DNA of 63,786 bases, counting the filler, from Olpidium bornovanus S191 (lineage: Eukaryota > Fungi > Olpidiomycota): NCBI GenBank assembly GCA_017911155.1. It is 27 parts of 27 records of this genome, joined end to end, with 100 filler letters (N's around TTAATTAATTAA, not from the genome) between each part and the next. Parts side by side here need not be neighbours in the genome. Positions count along the whole stretch, not along the records: positions 1 to 3,029 come from JAEFCI010004412.1; positions 3,130 to 4,940 come from JAEFCI010012758.1; positions 5,041 to 6,539 come from JAEFCI010011985.1; positions 6,640 to 8,179 come from JAEFCI010002310.1; positions 8,280 to 11,066 come from JAEFCI010009171.1; 22 more parts are not named here. One strand, given 5' to 3'. This document shows positions 1 to 11,066 of the stretch, piece after piece; positions within the stretch are counted from its first letter, which is position 1; every line of letters starts with the position of its first letter. The notes under the pieces were generated by a model. It ran no database searches. It saw only the letters and a list, made by a program, of their open reading frames with translations, and was not told where the DNA came from. The position numbers and the translations under genes were made by a program.

Positions 1-98
1 AGTTACGTTTTTCGGGGAGAAATAAAAGCGTGACCGGCGGTTTAGAGAATTTTCCAATGCCCAATGGTTGAGAGCGAACCGTTCCATTTTTCGTTCCA

Positions 99-763
99 GG
101 TGGTGTTGGACCTTTACCATGACTTCCTGGGAGAGCAGCGAGGCGTTGCTCGGGACATGGAAAAGCTCAGACGCGACCGGAGAAATGAGGAACAGGAACG
201 TGAACGAGAGCAGTCGAGGAAGCAGGACTCATAATATCCTTTCTTGTGGGGCCGCGTCGATCTGTTGTGTGTTTGTGCGTGTATGGCTGGCGTTGGTAGT
301 GGTGGTGGGGGGGGTGCTTTCGGGCGTGACCGCTAGTAGGATTTCTTGACATAGATTTCTTTGCAATACTTGGCGAGAGCAGCTGAGGCTCGTTCGGGAC
401 CGGCTCCGACGGCTGTCGGAAGGTCACGTGAAAGCGGCTCGAGCACAGGAGCAGGTGGAAGGACGCAGCAGTTTGTCCTGCCGTTATTTTCCACGTATTC
501 GCCTTCTTCTGTCACCCGTCCTTCTCACCCCTCTTTCGTCCTCTTCCCGCATCTTCGTTCGTTTTGTTTCCCCGCAAAAACGACGGGTCGGGCAGATGCT
601 CCGGCGGCTACAGAGGGAGCAAAAGGAGGCGGCAAGGGAAGCCATTCGGTCGTCGCGGGAACGGCTAGATGCCGATAGCCGAGACGCGACGGACCTGGAG
701 CGCGACGCCGAAGACGCGCGGAGGAGGCTGCGACTGAATTGGCAACCGCTCACGGCCAGATGA
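99..763 (+). CDS. Probable 3' exons of an unidentified coiled-coil protein
   Basis: After TTCCAG: VVLDLYHDFLGEQRGVARDMEKLRRDRRNEEQERE. Later E/R-rich helical segments FLCNTWREQLRLVRDRLRRLSE and MLRRLQREQKEAAREAIRSSRERLDAD. The splice path is not resolved and no family is recognised. Confidence 0.3.
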
Positions 764-2221
764 TCGGTTTTCCGAAATGGGATCCCTACCCGCTGGTGGA
801 CGTCCGTCCGCGTTTCAACGCGTGACGCTTTTTGAGGAGCTCGGACCAGGGGTGGTCGACGGATGGGAATACGCGGCAGGCCGGGTTATATTTGGTTGGG
901 CGAATTGGGACCGTCCGTTGGCGGATACGTGGTTATCATTGGGGCTCAGTCGGCTCCTTTGCTCTGCAGCGTCCGCGGACATCTCGGATCCGATTTTGTT
1001 CCCTGACCCGCTGCGTTAGGAATAGGAAAAAAAGTGGGGGGGGGAGGTTAGGGCTTTTTTCCGCACAAAATGTCAACGGCGTGGACATACCTGTCGCCTG
1101 CGCTGGGCTCTGTTGCGGGACGTTTACCTTTGAAGCGTCAGTGAGCTAGCAGGTCATAGCACCGGAACCGCCCACAGACAGGCCTGCGACGCTGGATCCA
1201 CCCCTCACCCAACCCCGCCGCCCGCTGAATCCCCGTGAAACCGCAAAAGCGTTTACCTGTCTGCAACCGAAGAAATCCCATTCTGGGTTGTTCGTGTGAA
1301 TGATGCCGTCAGCCGGAATGCCGCCACCGTGACCTACGGCCGGAAAATCTTATTTAGGTTTTCATGGATAAGACCCTGCATGGAGTTGGTGGAAAAGAAG
1401 AGAAAACGAAAGGGAGGTTTGGGCGAGGTGGTTCCGAAGCATCGCACGGAAAGCGGAACCGCGCAATCCGGCACTCATATTTGCTGATTACGGCGGAACT
1501 TTCCGACCGGAACCAAAGAAGGCGAGAAACCGGACCGCGAAGCTGCAATGAAGTTGCGCCCGCCGAAAGCGGAGGAAATTGGCGAACGTACGGCGTCGCA
1601 AGTAGTTCAGGCGGTCTGTTTCGAGAGAGAAAAATAACTTGCTTCCTTCTAAACCGGTGAGCGCTAGTAGATACAGTTCTGGCCGGTCATCCTTCTGTGG
1701 TGTGCGTGTGTGTCGGAGGGAGGGGGCGAAGGAGAGGTGGGTTGGGGGGGGGGTGGGGGTAATAACTCTTTTTTGTGAATTCAATGTAGATGGGATGAAG
1801 ATGGGAAAGGCGAGCGTCCGGGCGTCATATGCTACGCAGCTGACGGCTCGCAGGAAGCGCTTTACGTCGTGTCCATGAATTGCAAGCGGACACAGATGTA
1901 TGAATGGAGGCGAAACCCTGTTATTTTGCAGAAAAAAAAATTCTGGAGAAGAGGGGAACGAAGAGAGAATTTGTTGACGTCCCGTTGAGAAAATTCGCGA
2001 ATCATGCCCGCACGCCGAAAGCAAGTTTCCTTGAGAGAAGCAGCTCGCGCCAATAGGCAGTCTCAACGGTACTCGTGCGATTCTTCGGGAGAGCGGACAC
2101 GGGGAAAACCGACCCGTCGTGTCACCAGGACACGGCGCTGCAGGGGGGAGAGAGGGGGAGGGGGGGCGGGGGGAAGAGGACAAGGGGGTGCGAAACGCTT
2201 CCAGGCTCACCGGGCGCCGGT

Positions 2222-3029
2222 TTACGTTACGCCGCGAGTCGGCCTACTACCGTTCTCCTCCAGGTCCCTTTCACAGGTCCTCAGGGCGCGGGCGAGTTTC
2301 CAGAACGAACGCAGGTCCATGCCAAGAGCCCTGCACCGGTGCCGCCAGGTCCGGCACTTCCTCCGGTGAGATCCCCTGGCGCCGCTCCAGTAGGCGACGA
2401 CGGCGTCCGCAAACGTCCCGTTCCAGACCCACGGAAGGAAGACCAGATGACGACGGACGATTCGAGCGACCTGCTCGAATTTCGCGTCGCTCGCTCGGAA
2501 GAGCAGGTATCCGAAGAGTTCCAGCGCAACGCTCTCATGATCCAGCATCTCGGGTTCCATGCCCTCTGAGGCGCGTTCCGGGTCGTCCCAGAAATGGAAG
2601 TAACGCTGACACCAGAAAACGTTCGTTTCTTCCAGGACGTATTCAAGCATCTCCGAAGAGCTGAAGCTATCTTGGCCCGAATAGACGTCTGAAACCCTGA
2701 ACGCCCATGAAGCTTGTACTGTGGCATTGGCGTAGAACCAGTCGTCCGATGCCAGGGTGTCCAAACCCGGGACAAGCCTCCGAAGAAATTCCACGGAACC
2801 AGACAATACCCCGACAAAGACACGGCGTCCCAGGTAGATGTCTGCCAGGGGCCGCGGAAGTTCGGCGTCGAATACGGACTTATATTCCTCGTAGAGTTCC
2901 GTGGCGCCCCTGACATCTCGTCTGGCGCAGTGCGCTCTGAGGCATTCCATCAAAGCAAATTTCTTGCAACCCACGTCAGCAGCTTCAAGGCAAAACGCCA
3001 GAAATCTCCTTTCGTGCTCGTCCACCATG
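2222..3029 (-). CDS. Hypothetical protein, intronless, 5'-truncated at contig end
   Basis: 268-aa ORF with globular-protein-like composition (aromatic and hydrophobic helices, e.g. ELFGYLLFRASDAKFEQVARIVRRHLVFLPW). No family recognised. Confidence 0.5.
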
Positions 3030-3129
3030 NNNNNNNNNNNNNNNNNNNNNNNNNNNNNNNNNNNNNNNNNNNNTTAATTAATTAANNNNNNNNNNNNNNN
3101 NNNNNNNNNNNNNNNNNNNNNNNNNNNNN
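3030..3129. other. Artificial contig linker (N44-TTAATTAATTAA-N44), first of 26
   Basis: The same 100-nt spacer, with stops in all six frames, occurs at 3030, 4941, 6540, 8180, 11067, 12446, 13572, 16527, 19578, 20728, 22931, 24946, 28256, 30314, 32392, 34722, 38992, 43250, 45680, 49480, 52228, 54646, 56097, 57781, 59158 and 60553 (start positions). Confidence 0.99.
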
Positions 3130-4277
3130 GGAAGGCAAGGGGCGAAAAAATGGATTCCGACGCTCACGCTGAGATTCTGCCACGGAGGCGGCAAACGGAA
3201 TGACCACTGTGTTCATCCTGTCCATCACCGCTTCGCCGTCCTTGGTTTCCGTGTAGATCACGTATTGGTCTAACGTTAGTTTGCTGAAATGGCACATGAC
3301 GACCAGAAACCTGGCGGGCATTGTTTGTCAAAAATCAGCCCTCGGCATTTCTCTCTCTCATTTTTTTTTCTTTTAGTTGCGGGGAAGGGGGAAGGGGGTG
3401 GAGGGTGAGAGCAAAAGGTCGGCCCGATGTGCCGCCCGTGCAAACGCCAGGCGCGAACCGCCAAGAGAAGGGCAGACGGGGGGCACGTGGGGGCCCTTAC
3501 GAAATGAAGCCGAGCGCCCCCAGGGCGGTCGCCGCGCGGATTAGCCTCCTCATCGTTGTGTGCGTCGGGTAGACCGCCAGGGTTATGATCATCGTGCCGT
3601 AAAAGTACGCACACTTCGCCAGCGCGACGGCGACGTAGAAGGCGATCAGGCCGACGAACTCGGCGGGCTTTCGGAAGTAGTCGTCGATCACGTCAATCCC
3701 GGAGCTGTAGGCCTTGATCGCCGAGAGCGTCGCCGACGCGTTGAACAACAGCCCCGCCACGAGGACCCAGAAGATCGGCGCGCCCCTCCTCGACCACGAC
3801 CGGAGGAGGAGCGCCGCGCAGTCCGCGGACTCGTAGACGCCCCCCCCGAACAGCAGGTAGGCGATGTCTCGACGGGAATTCTGCAGGCCGTAGTAGTCGA
3901 ACTGGCCGGGAGAAAGAAAAAAAAAACGTAACCCCCCCCCCCACCACCACCACCACCACCCAAAGAAAAAACAAACGAATTATTCTGGCTCCAGTTCAGC
4001 TTCGGCGTAAAAGCACAACCAAAAAAAAAAAAAAAAGAAAAGAAAAAAAAAGGGAAAAGATAAAAAAAATAAAATAAAATAAAAATAAAATAAAATAAAA
4101 ATAAAGAAAAATCTGGTGCGCCGCTCCCCGGATTCACGCTCCTTGGGCGCTTGACAAGGGGCGGTAGGCGGTGAGGATGGGTGGTGGGAATGAAGGGGAA
4201 TGGGGGGAGGGGGAAGAGAGGATGGTCTTCCGTACTGGATCATAGCCGAGAATTTCCACCAGCGTCTTGTTTGCCAT
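3130..4277 (-). CDS. Multi-pass membrane protein, 7TM/GPCR-like candidate (3'-truncated)
   Basis: Exon 1 (4277-4236) MANKTLVEILGYDP|GTACGG splices to CAG|FDYYGLQNSRRDIAYLLFGGGVYESADCAALLL...IFWVLVAGLLFNASATLSAI...FVGLIAFYVAVALAKCAYFYGTMIITLAVY...LIRAATALGALGFI|GTAAG, then FLVVMCHFSKL. N-terminal NKT sequon and about four hydrophobic helices before the gap. Confidence 0.5.
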
Positions 4278-4396
4278 TATTCCGGTTGCGTTGTATCCCG
4301 CCTGGGAAGGGAAGGGGAAAGAGGGGTGGCCTTGGGGCGAGGAGAGAGGGCGCTTTTAGAGGGAGCGGGAGGGAAACATCGGAGAGGAAGAGAGAT

Positions 4397-4401
4397 TGAG
4401 A

Positions 4402-4447
<46 letters not shown>
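4397..4447. repeat. (GA)n microsatellite
   Basis: Directly visible. Similar (GA)/(TC) tracts at about 25605-25628, 26020-26050 and 29904-29940, and (CGTG)n at about 29468-29500. Confidence 0.9.
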
Positions 4448-4449
<2 letters not shown>

Positions 4450-4602
4450 AAAGGGTGACCGATTGAGAGGACCGCCGCGCCGGGGAGGGCGTAAAAAAAA
4501 AAAAAAAGGTCGAAGAAGGAGGAGGGAAGGACGCGTCGGCGTTTTTGGCGCGGAGTGGGCTGTGGGGTGGGGGAAGAGGGAGGGAGGGAGGGGGGGGGGG
4601 GG

Positions 4603-4673
<71 letters not shown>

Positions 4674-4899
4674 GGGAGGAGCAGCACCGGCGCGAAAAGA
4701 AAAAAAAACCCCCTCTTCTTTCCTCGGCGGGCCGTACTCCAGAATACAGGCGGTTAGGCGCGCCCCGTATAAAGCGGGCCCGCGTAACCATGGCGGCGCC
4801 GTTCCCGTAGCGACGAACACAAAAAAAAAATTCGGCTTTTTTCTCTGCTCCTCCGCCTTCGCCCCCGCCGTGCCCTCTTCGGCGGGGGGGAAAGAGGAA

Positions 4900-4935
<36 letters not shown>

Positions 4936-5040
4936 TCTAANNNNNNNNNNNNNNNNNNNNNNNNNNNNNNNNNNNNNNNNNNNNTTAATTAATTAANNNN
5001 NNNNNNNNNNNNNNNNNNNNNNNNNNNNNNNNNNNNNNNN

Positions 5041-5994
5041 CATGGACGGTGCCGATCAGTTTCACCTTCTCATCCAGCAAGGCGAGGAACTGGTCGTACC
5101 AGCAGCCCTTGACGAATTGAGGAAGGAACGGTCCCCGGACGGAAGAGTTTAGGAGAGCAAAACGCTGGTACCGTTTTCCAGTTTTCTTCTCTGCGAAGTC
5201 CACGCCTATTGGGTGGCTCCCGAGGTCATAACAACTGCCAAAATTTTGGCGCAGATCAGAAAGAACTCGCCACGCCGATGAAATTCTCAGGAGCAAAAAA
5301 CGAGCAGTCAACCAACCTGTTGTCTTTGTGTATAATAAAAATGTTGTTAAGCTTCGGGATCGCATCAATGACTGCTCTTGGTGCAGGCCCATTTACTATG
5401 AACACGTAGTCAACGTTCGTCTGCAGGCCGTGGCGTAGGAAGAAAAGTATATTCTGCGTCTGCATCTCTGGTCTACGTTCAAGCGGAAAAGCAGTTAGAA
5501 AGGAGGACAAACAATACCAACATCGAATACTGGGTTTAAGCACTCACACAGTTGCTTGCATGGAATAGACAAACGAGACGACGTCCGAGTTATTGGTGTA
5601 CGGCCCTCCGGATGCCCATCGCATCCCAGGCTCAACAACGTCCTCGAAATCGCCGACCACAATACTTGGAGTGTGCGATACGTTGAGGTTACCTGGTATC
5701 ACAGGGTCAGGGTGCACGTAACTACGTTCCTATTGTTTGCGCCAGCGGGCCGGTCAGATACCTGCAACTCCGTGCACCTGTAGTAGCTTGCCTGTTATGG
5801 ACAACGCGTTTCCGTTCAGTAACGTCGTTTTGGTTGGACATTCAGTCGACCAGTGGCAGTACCACAAAAGCAACAAACATACTTCGTTCCCAGCAGCAGA
5901 AACCAATGCCACCGGCGGCCATCAAGGCACAAGCTATCCTCGCCTTTGTCCTCCGTAATGACACCGCGGACTTCGACTTCCCCGGTCTCCACAT
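5041..5994 (-). CDS. Type II membrane glycosyltransferase-like protein (NSSVRGPFLP family), 3'-truncated
   Basis: Spliced reading: MWRPGKSK...RIACALMAAGGIGFCCWER|...SDVVSFVYS...|...QNILFFLRHGLQTNVDYVFIVNG...IFIIHKDN|CYDLGSH...YQRFALLNSSVRGPFLPQFVKGCWYDQFLALLDEKVKLIGT. This matches my recollection of an uncharacterised family related to rhamnan-synthesis RgpF-like proteins. GT-AG introns restore the frame. Confidence 0.65.
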
Positions 5995-6449
5995 GATGGC
6001 TTCCGCGACGTCTACCCTAGTTCACAACTCGCGCCGACCCAAAGACGTGTTTGTTTTCCCGCTGGACTCGGCAAGCGGGCCGTACAATGCGGTTCCTCCG
6101 CGGCTTCGATCTTCCGCTTGCCCTGGAACGCGGCAAGGGGCGCTCGAAGTCGCCGCGCCGGCGGCAGGGGTGAGGTCCGAATACGTCAACCGCCCCGCAA
6201 AGATGTCCTGGCGTTCGGCTTTTTTGCGGGGCGAGTGCGAGACGGCGGCCCGGCGGAAAAGGGGGGGGGGTTGAGGGAGGTGCGCCCGGAACCAACAAAC
6301 GAACAACAAAAAAAAAAAAAAAAAAAGACACGCGACCATTTTAAACGCGGGCTGTGCCACACAAACGCCAATTAAGGGACCTGTCAAAATTTCCACCGCC
6401 CGCGGATCCATCCCGGGCAGCAAGGAAAAGGGGGAGAGGAGGGGGGAAA

Positions 6450-6490
<41 letters not shown>

Positions 6491-6496
6491 AGAAAA

Positions 6497-6539
<43 letters not shown>

Positions 6540-7431
6540 NNNNNNNNNNNNNNNNNNNNNNNNNNNNNNNNNNNNNNNNNNNNTTAATTAATTAANNNNN
6601 NNNNNNNNNNNNNNNNNNNNNNNNNNNNNNNNNNNNNNNGAAGAAATTTTTTTTTTTCTTTTCTTTTTCCCCGCCCCTTCTTTTCCTCCTCCGACTGCCT
6701 TTCTCCTGACGCAAATGTGCCTTTCCACCCTCTTCCCCCCGGCACTCCCCCTTCCGCTACTCCGCCGTGTCCCTACGCCGCCCCCTCCTTTCGTTTGACG
6801 CGCTTGCGGCCGCGCAAGTGTATATTCTCGGGTGGTAAGAGATCAGGAAACAGCCTGCTTGCGCGTTTCCCGCAAGGAAAAACTGAAATCGCTGCGTGCC
6901 GCTTTCACGTCGGCTCGAACGTCTAAAAGGCGCGGGAGAAGTAAGGATCTCCCCGGCCAACGACGCCGCGGAAGAAACGAATGCCGCCACACGGAACGAA
7001 GTCGACCGGTTCGGCGATGGGCTCCGGTATGGGACAGCCGCCACCAGGACACCAGACGTGCGGCCGACCGCCCCGCGAGGCTTAAGAAGAAGAAGAAAAA
7101 AAAAAATCGCCATTTGTCGTGGTCAAAGGTTTCGGCGGCACAAAGGGAGGGGTCGGAACGGCGGCCGCGAGCGGTTTGCCACCGCACGCGTCTAACCTTT
7201 CCCGAGAGCCGCGCATCTCGGAGTCAGGGAGATCCGATTTCCGTCCATATATTCCGGTGGCAGAAACCGCGGTTCCCGAACGGCGCTCGCTGACCTGCAT
7301 CGACCGTTCTGGACGCGCTCGCACTCGAACGGGAGATCGCGAAATTCGCGCCGGCATTTGTCGCGGGCCCGGGAGGAGCGGCGGCGACGAAAACGGCGCA
7401 AGGTCTACCGGGGAAGAAGGCGCGACAGCGT

Positions 7432-8179
7432 CTACACGACGTCGCTGACCATCTTGCCTCCGACGTTCGCGCTGCCGGCGTTCGCGGACCTCTTGATGAA
7501 GCTGGGGTGCCGTTTCATGAGCCTCGTGCCGGCCCCGCGGAGCCCGGTGACAAGCCTTACGAACGAGCCGGACAGTCGTTGCTGGGCTTCCGGGTAGCCG
7601 GTGCCGGCTGAAGCATGGGCTCGAGCGAAGCGGTCGGCGAGGGCATCCATGACGACGTCAAACTCCCGCGGGCCGAGGCCGACGGCCAGGCACGGCTCCA
7701 CGACCTTCTCCAGAATGGCCACGAAAATGTCCCGCGTCTCCTTGGTGTTGCCGACGCCTGCGCCGAGCGACAGGATGTTCCGGAGCAGAGGCTTGAAAAA
7801 CGACGAGAGCTTGTCGCCCGTCCGGTGCACCCGCTCTCCCGAGCCGCTCAATGGCGGCGTGTTCGGCGCCGGAGAACTCGTAGAGGCGGGAGGCGTCGTC
7901 GGCGTCGGAGAACCCGTCGGGCTCGACGGCAAAGGTCCGGCCGCCGGTGACGGCGATGACGGAGGCAGCGAAAGCGCGCTCCCGTCTGCGGCCGCCGCCA
8001 AACTGCCGGTCGACGAGCATATCGAGAGCGCCGAACCGTGCGGCGCAGACATTGCCGCCGCGTACTGCGCCACGACCATGGACTTCAAATCGTCCATCAC
8101 ATCGCGAGAGTTCAGCAGCAGCGGCTTTAATTCGCGTATGTCCTGGCCCAGGTTGCTGTCGAACTCTTCCATCGACGCA
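7432..8179 (-). CDS. FIBP: Acidic FGF intracellular-binding protein (FIBP) homologue, C-terminal part
   Basis: EFDSNLGQDIRELKPLLLNSRDVMDDLKSMV...FKPLLRNILSLGAGVGNTKETRDIFVAILEKVVEPC aligns by eye with FIBP DLDKEFLQDLKELKVL...[36 protein letters not shown]. Carries a Ser/Pro-rich insertion. Confidence 0.8.
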
Positions 8180-9494
8180 NNNNNNNNNNNNNNNNNNNNN
8201 NNNNNNNNNNNNNNNNNNNNNNNTTAATTAATTAANNNNNNNNNNNNNNNNNNNNNNNNNNNNNNNNNNNNNNNNNNNNACCCCTCGACAAATTTTAAGG
8301 AAAGATCTGACAAGAATTTAGGAGCAGAATTGGATGAGGATCCAGATTCAAAGTTGGAAGTAGAAATACTTTCAGGGTGAGGCGTATTTCTTTTCCATGG
8401 CCGTACTATTTGTTCCTCATATAAAATCATAATTGGGCACATAACAGAGCCAGAGGCTTGAGATAGTTCGGGGTGTGGGGAGGCCATCCGGGGCAGGGTA
8501 AGCGGGCCGGGTGCGCCGGGCGGGGGGCGGGGTGGCGGAAGATGGCGTTGTACCGGGTCTGTCCGGCTCTGTCTTATGAATTGAATGGGGGAAAGTTGGG
8601 GAGCCATGGAAGCCACGGAGAAAAACGCGGTCGAAAGATGTTGGAATTAAGTCAAGAAATTGAAATCGGCAGTTCCTTCAAAGACCCCGGGTCGCCACAC
8701 TTTTGCCCAAATTATTCTTCACAGCGACTGTGGGCCCGCTTTTTCCCCGGTGCATTATTGAGAACAGCAGCCACACAGGCAAAGAATTTTGCAATAAAGA
8801 GCTGGGTGAGGCCACACCTTTGCAGGGGCCACGCCAGCAAGCTGTTTTCTACGGTTTTCCACCCTTCAAGCACCAAGCGGAGTTGCTTTACAAGCTGCTT
8901 GAACCTGCCACGCTCTGCTCTGCTGATAGCGCGTTCCTCATTCTGCGGTTCCCTGCCTTCTTCCTAAGCAAGCAGCAACGGCGTTCACGTCCGCTCGGAA
9001 GTTTGCTACACGTTCGGGTCGTGCAGAGTGGGTGCCCTTTTGCTGTGTCCGCTTTCTACGTGACTATGGATTTCCTGCTGACCTTCTGGGCGTGTTTCCG
9101 GGTGCTTTCCCTGCCGTCGCCAAGTTCCGTCAACGATTCTGGATGTGTCCCAAATCGGTGCTGCGGTGTCCCGCCGCAAGGATAGGCACCGGGGCCAGGC
9201 GTCCGTTGCTGGGCACGCCGGCTGGGGCCCGGAAATGACCGCGCTGCCGTCGCACACCACAGTGTCCGCCCGCGTGCCTCGTGTCCTCGGCTGCCGTCAC
9301 GTGACACCCCGGAATTCCCCCTTCCCCTCCTCCCGCCCGCCCGCCCGCACGCCCGCTCCCCGCGCAGAAAAACGCGCGCAGAGAAAGGAGCGGACGCGCG
9401 CCGCGGTAGAGGAACGGCCTGCCAACCGCCTCCCTCTCTCGTCCGCGTCGACGCGACGCGGCAGTGGCCGCGCGCTGCGCCACCCAGCAGTCAA

Positions 9495-11066
9495 ATGGCG
9501 CCGCCGCTGCCCTTCGCCAGCTGGGCCAAGTTGCGCGGGACTGCGCTGCCGTTGCCGCTGCTTGCCGTTTGCCTGGTGGCTTCCGCACTTTTCTTCTACC
9601 CCGCGCAGCTCAGCACGCCGACCGGGCCGGCCCTGCCGCCGGCGGCGGCGCCCCAACTCCCGCAGCGGGATTCGCTGTTTGTCAACCATGCGTCAGGCTT
9701 TCCTGCCGCGTTTGGCCGTACCGTGCTGGATCACGTCACCGCGCACCGAAAGGGTCTCGTCGTCGTTATGCCGTTCACCAAGCACGACTTGGCGAAAATG
9801 GAAGAGAATCTCGCGTCGTGGGACAGCTTCTCGCCCTGCACCGCGGCCCGGCGAGCTTCCGAGGGAAGATGGGCGGAAGAAGTTGGCAGCAGCAGCAGAA
9901 GCAGTGGAGCCCGCGCGCGGCGGGTTAAAACCGCGTTTTATTTTTACTACAACGGCGTTGTCGACGAGGAGACGCGCAACTTCCTTTGGAAAGTCAGCAG
10001 CCGGACAAGCGGATTGCACGAATGCTTCGACAGTGAGTGTTTTATGCCGAGAGCTCGCGGTTTCCGCGTTTGATTACACTTATTAAGTTTACTGCACAGA
10101 CTTAATTTTTGCCCGCCGGTGCGCTGTGGGTTTTTTTTCCCTTTTTTTTGCAGTGGTCGGGTACACGTCGGCATTCCTAGCTGGAGACGACGATCGCTAC
10201 GACCCACAGCGGTTGAAATCCAACTGGGTGCGTGGTCCGAACAATCAGTTCTACTTTCTCGTCCTTGGCGATGCAGGGCAAGACGAGAACGGCGTGGAAG
10301 GTCCGAGCGCAAGCGAGCGGCCGCTCGAAATTGTCAGGCTGCTGACTTCGTTGGACAACGGCCGGACCGGTGCGGAGCGGGAGATGCAGGACACCTGGCC
10401 TTTTTCCTCGAATTACCAGTATCTTTTTCACATGGAGCCAGACACCCGCCCTATCCGGTCGGACTGGCTTGGCACGCTGCTGCATGAGAGCGGTCTGGCG
10501 CCGTTCGGCTCCGGAGCGATCGACCCGGACGAAGAGGGGCCGAACGACCGTTTTTGGATGAAGGGATCCGCCTTTCGGGGTAAATGCGTCCTGCACAAAC
10601 TGGCTGTCAAAGATGAGAATGAACGATGTACACTGCTCGGCCCAAAGATTGCTGCGCACATTAACGGGAATGGTATTGCCCCCACGTGCGTTGTTTCTGT
10701 TGAGCCCGTGCAGCGGACCGACGCAAAATCCCTTACTGACAGGGCACTGCAAAACTTGCACAGCACTTTACAACATCGGCGATAGCCGCTTCGTCGACTT
10801 TCTCGCAAAGGTCCGGAAATCCGAGTACGTCAACTGGCCGTACGATCTGGCCATTCACCTGTATCTCAACTCGCCAATCAGAGAGGCCGATAACCGGGGC
10901 TACCTGCATTTGTTTCGTCATTCCGCTTTCGTGCAAAATTTTGGACGATACCCCTTCAACGTAAGCGAAATAGAGGAGAGCGAACGCGGCGCCACGGCCT
11001 TCATCCACTCGGACAACCAGGCCCAAGAGCGGGGCGTGACACGCGAGAGGACGGGGGGGAACATGG
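9495..11066 (+). CDS. Type II membrane glycosyltransferase-like protein (MEPD...FWMKGS...HINGNALY family)
   Basis: N-terminal anchor LPLPLLAVCLVASALFFY, then LVVVMPF, GPNNQFY, YLFHMEPDTRPIRSDWL, FWMKGSAFRG. The intron G|GTATTG...CAG|CA restores HINGNALYNIGDSRFVDF. First intron is GTGAGT...TTGCAG. Confidence 0.65.

Noticed and set aside
3074-3085. TTAATTAATTAA palindrome recurring 26 times at roughly regular spacing, CRISPR-like at first sight
   Set aside because: It is always centred in a 100-nt N linker; it is a synthetic six-frame stop spacer.
4590-4671. Very long poly-G/poly-C tracts (also about 6450-6539, 13490-13571, 25060-25135, 32300-32375) and the poly-Gly/poly-Pro ORFs they create
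   Set aside because: Homopolymer lengths are unreliable and they cluster at contig breaks; probably sequencing or assembly artefacts on real but shorter G-runs.
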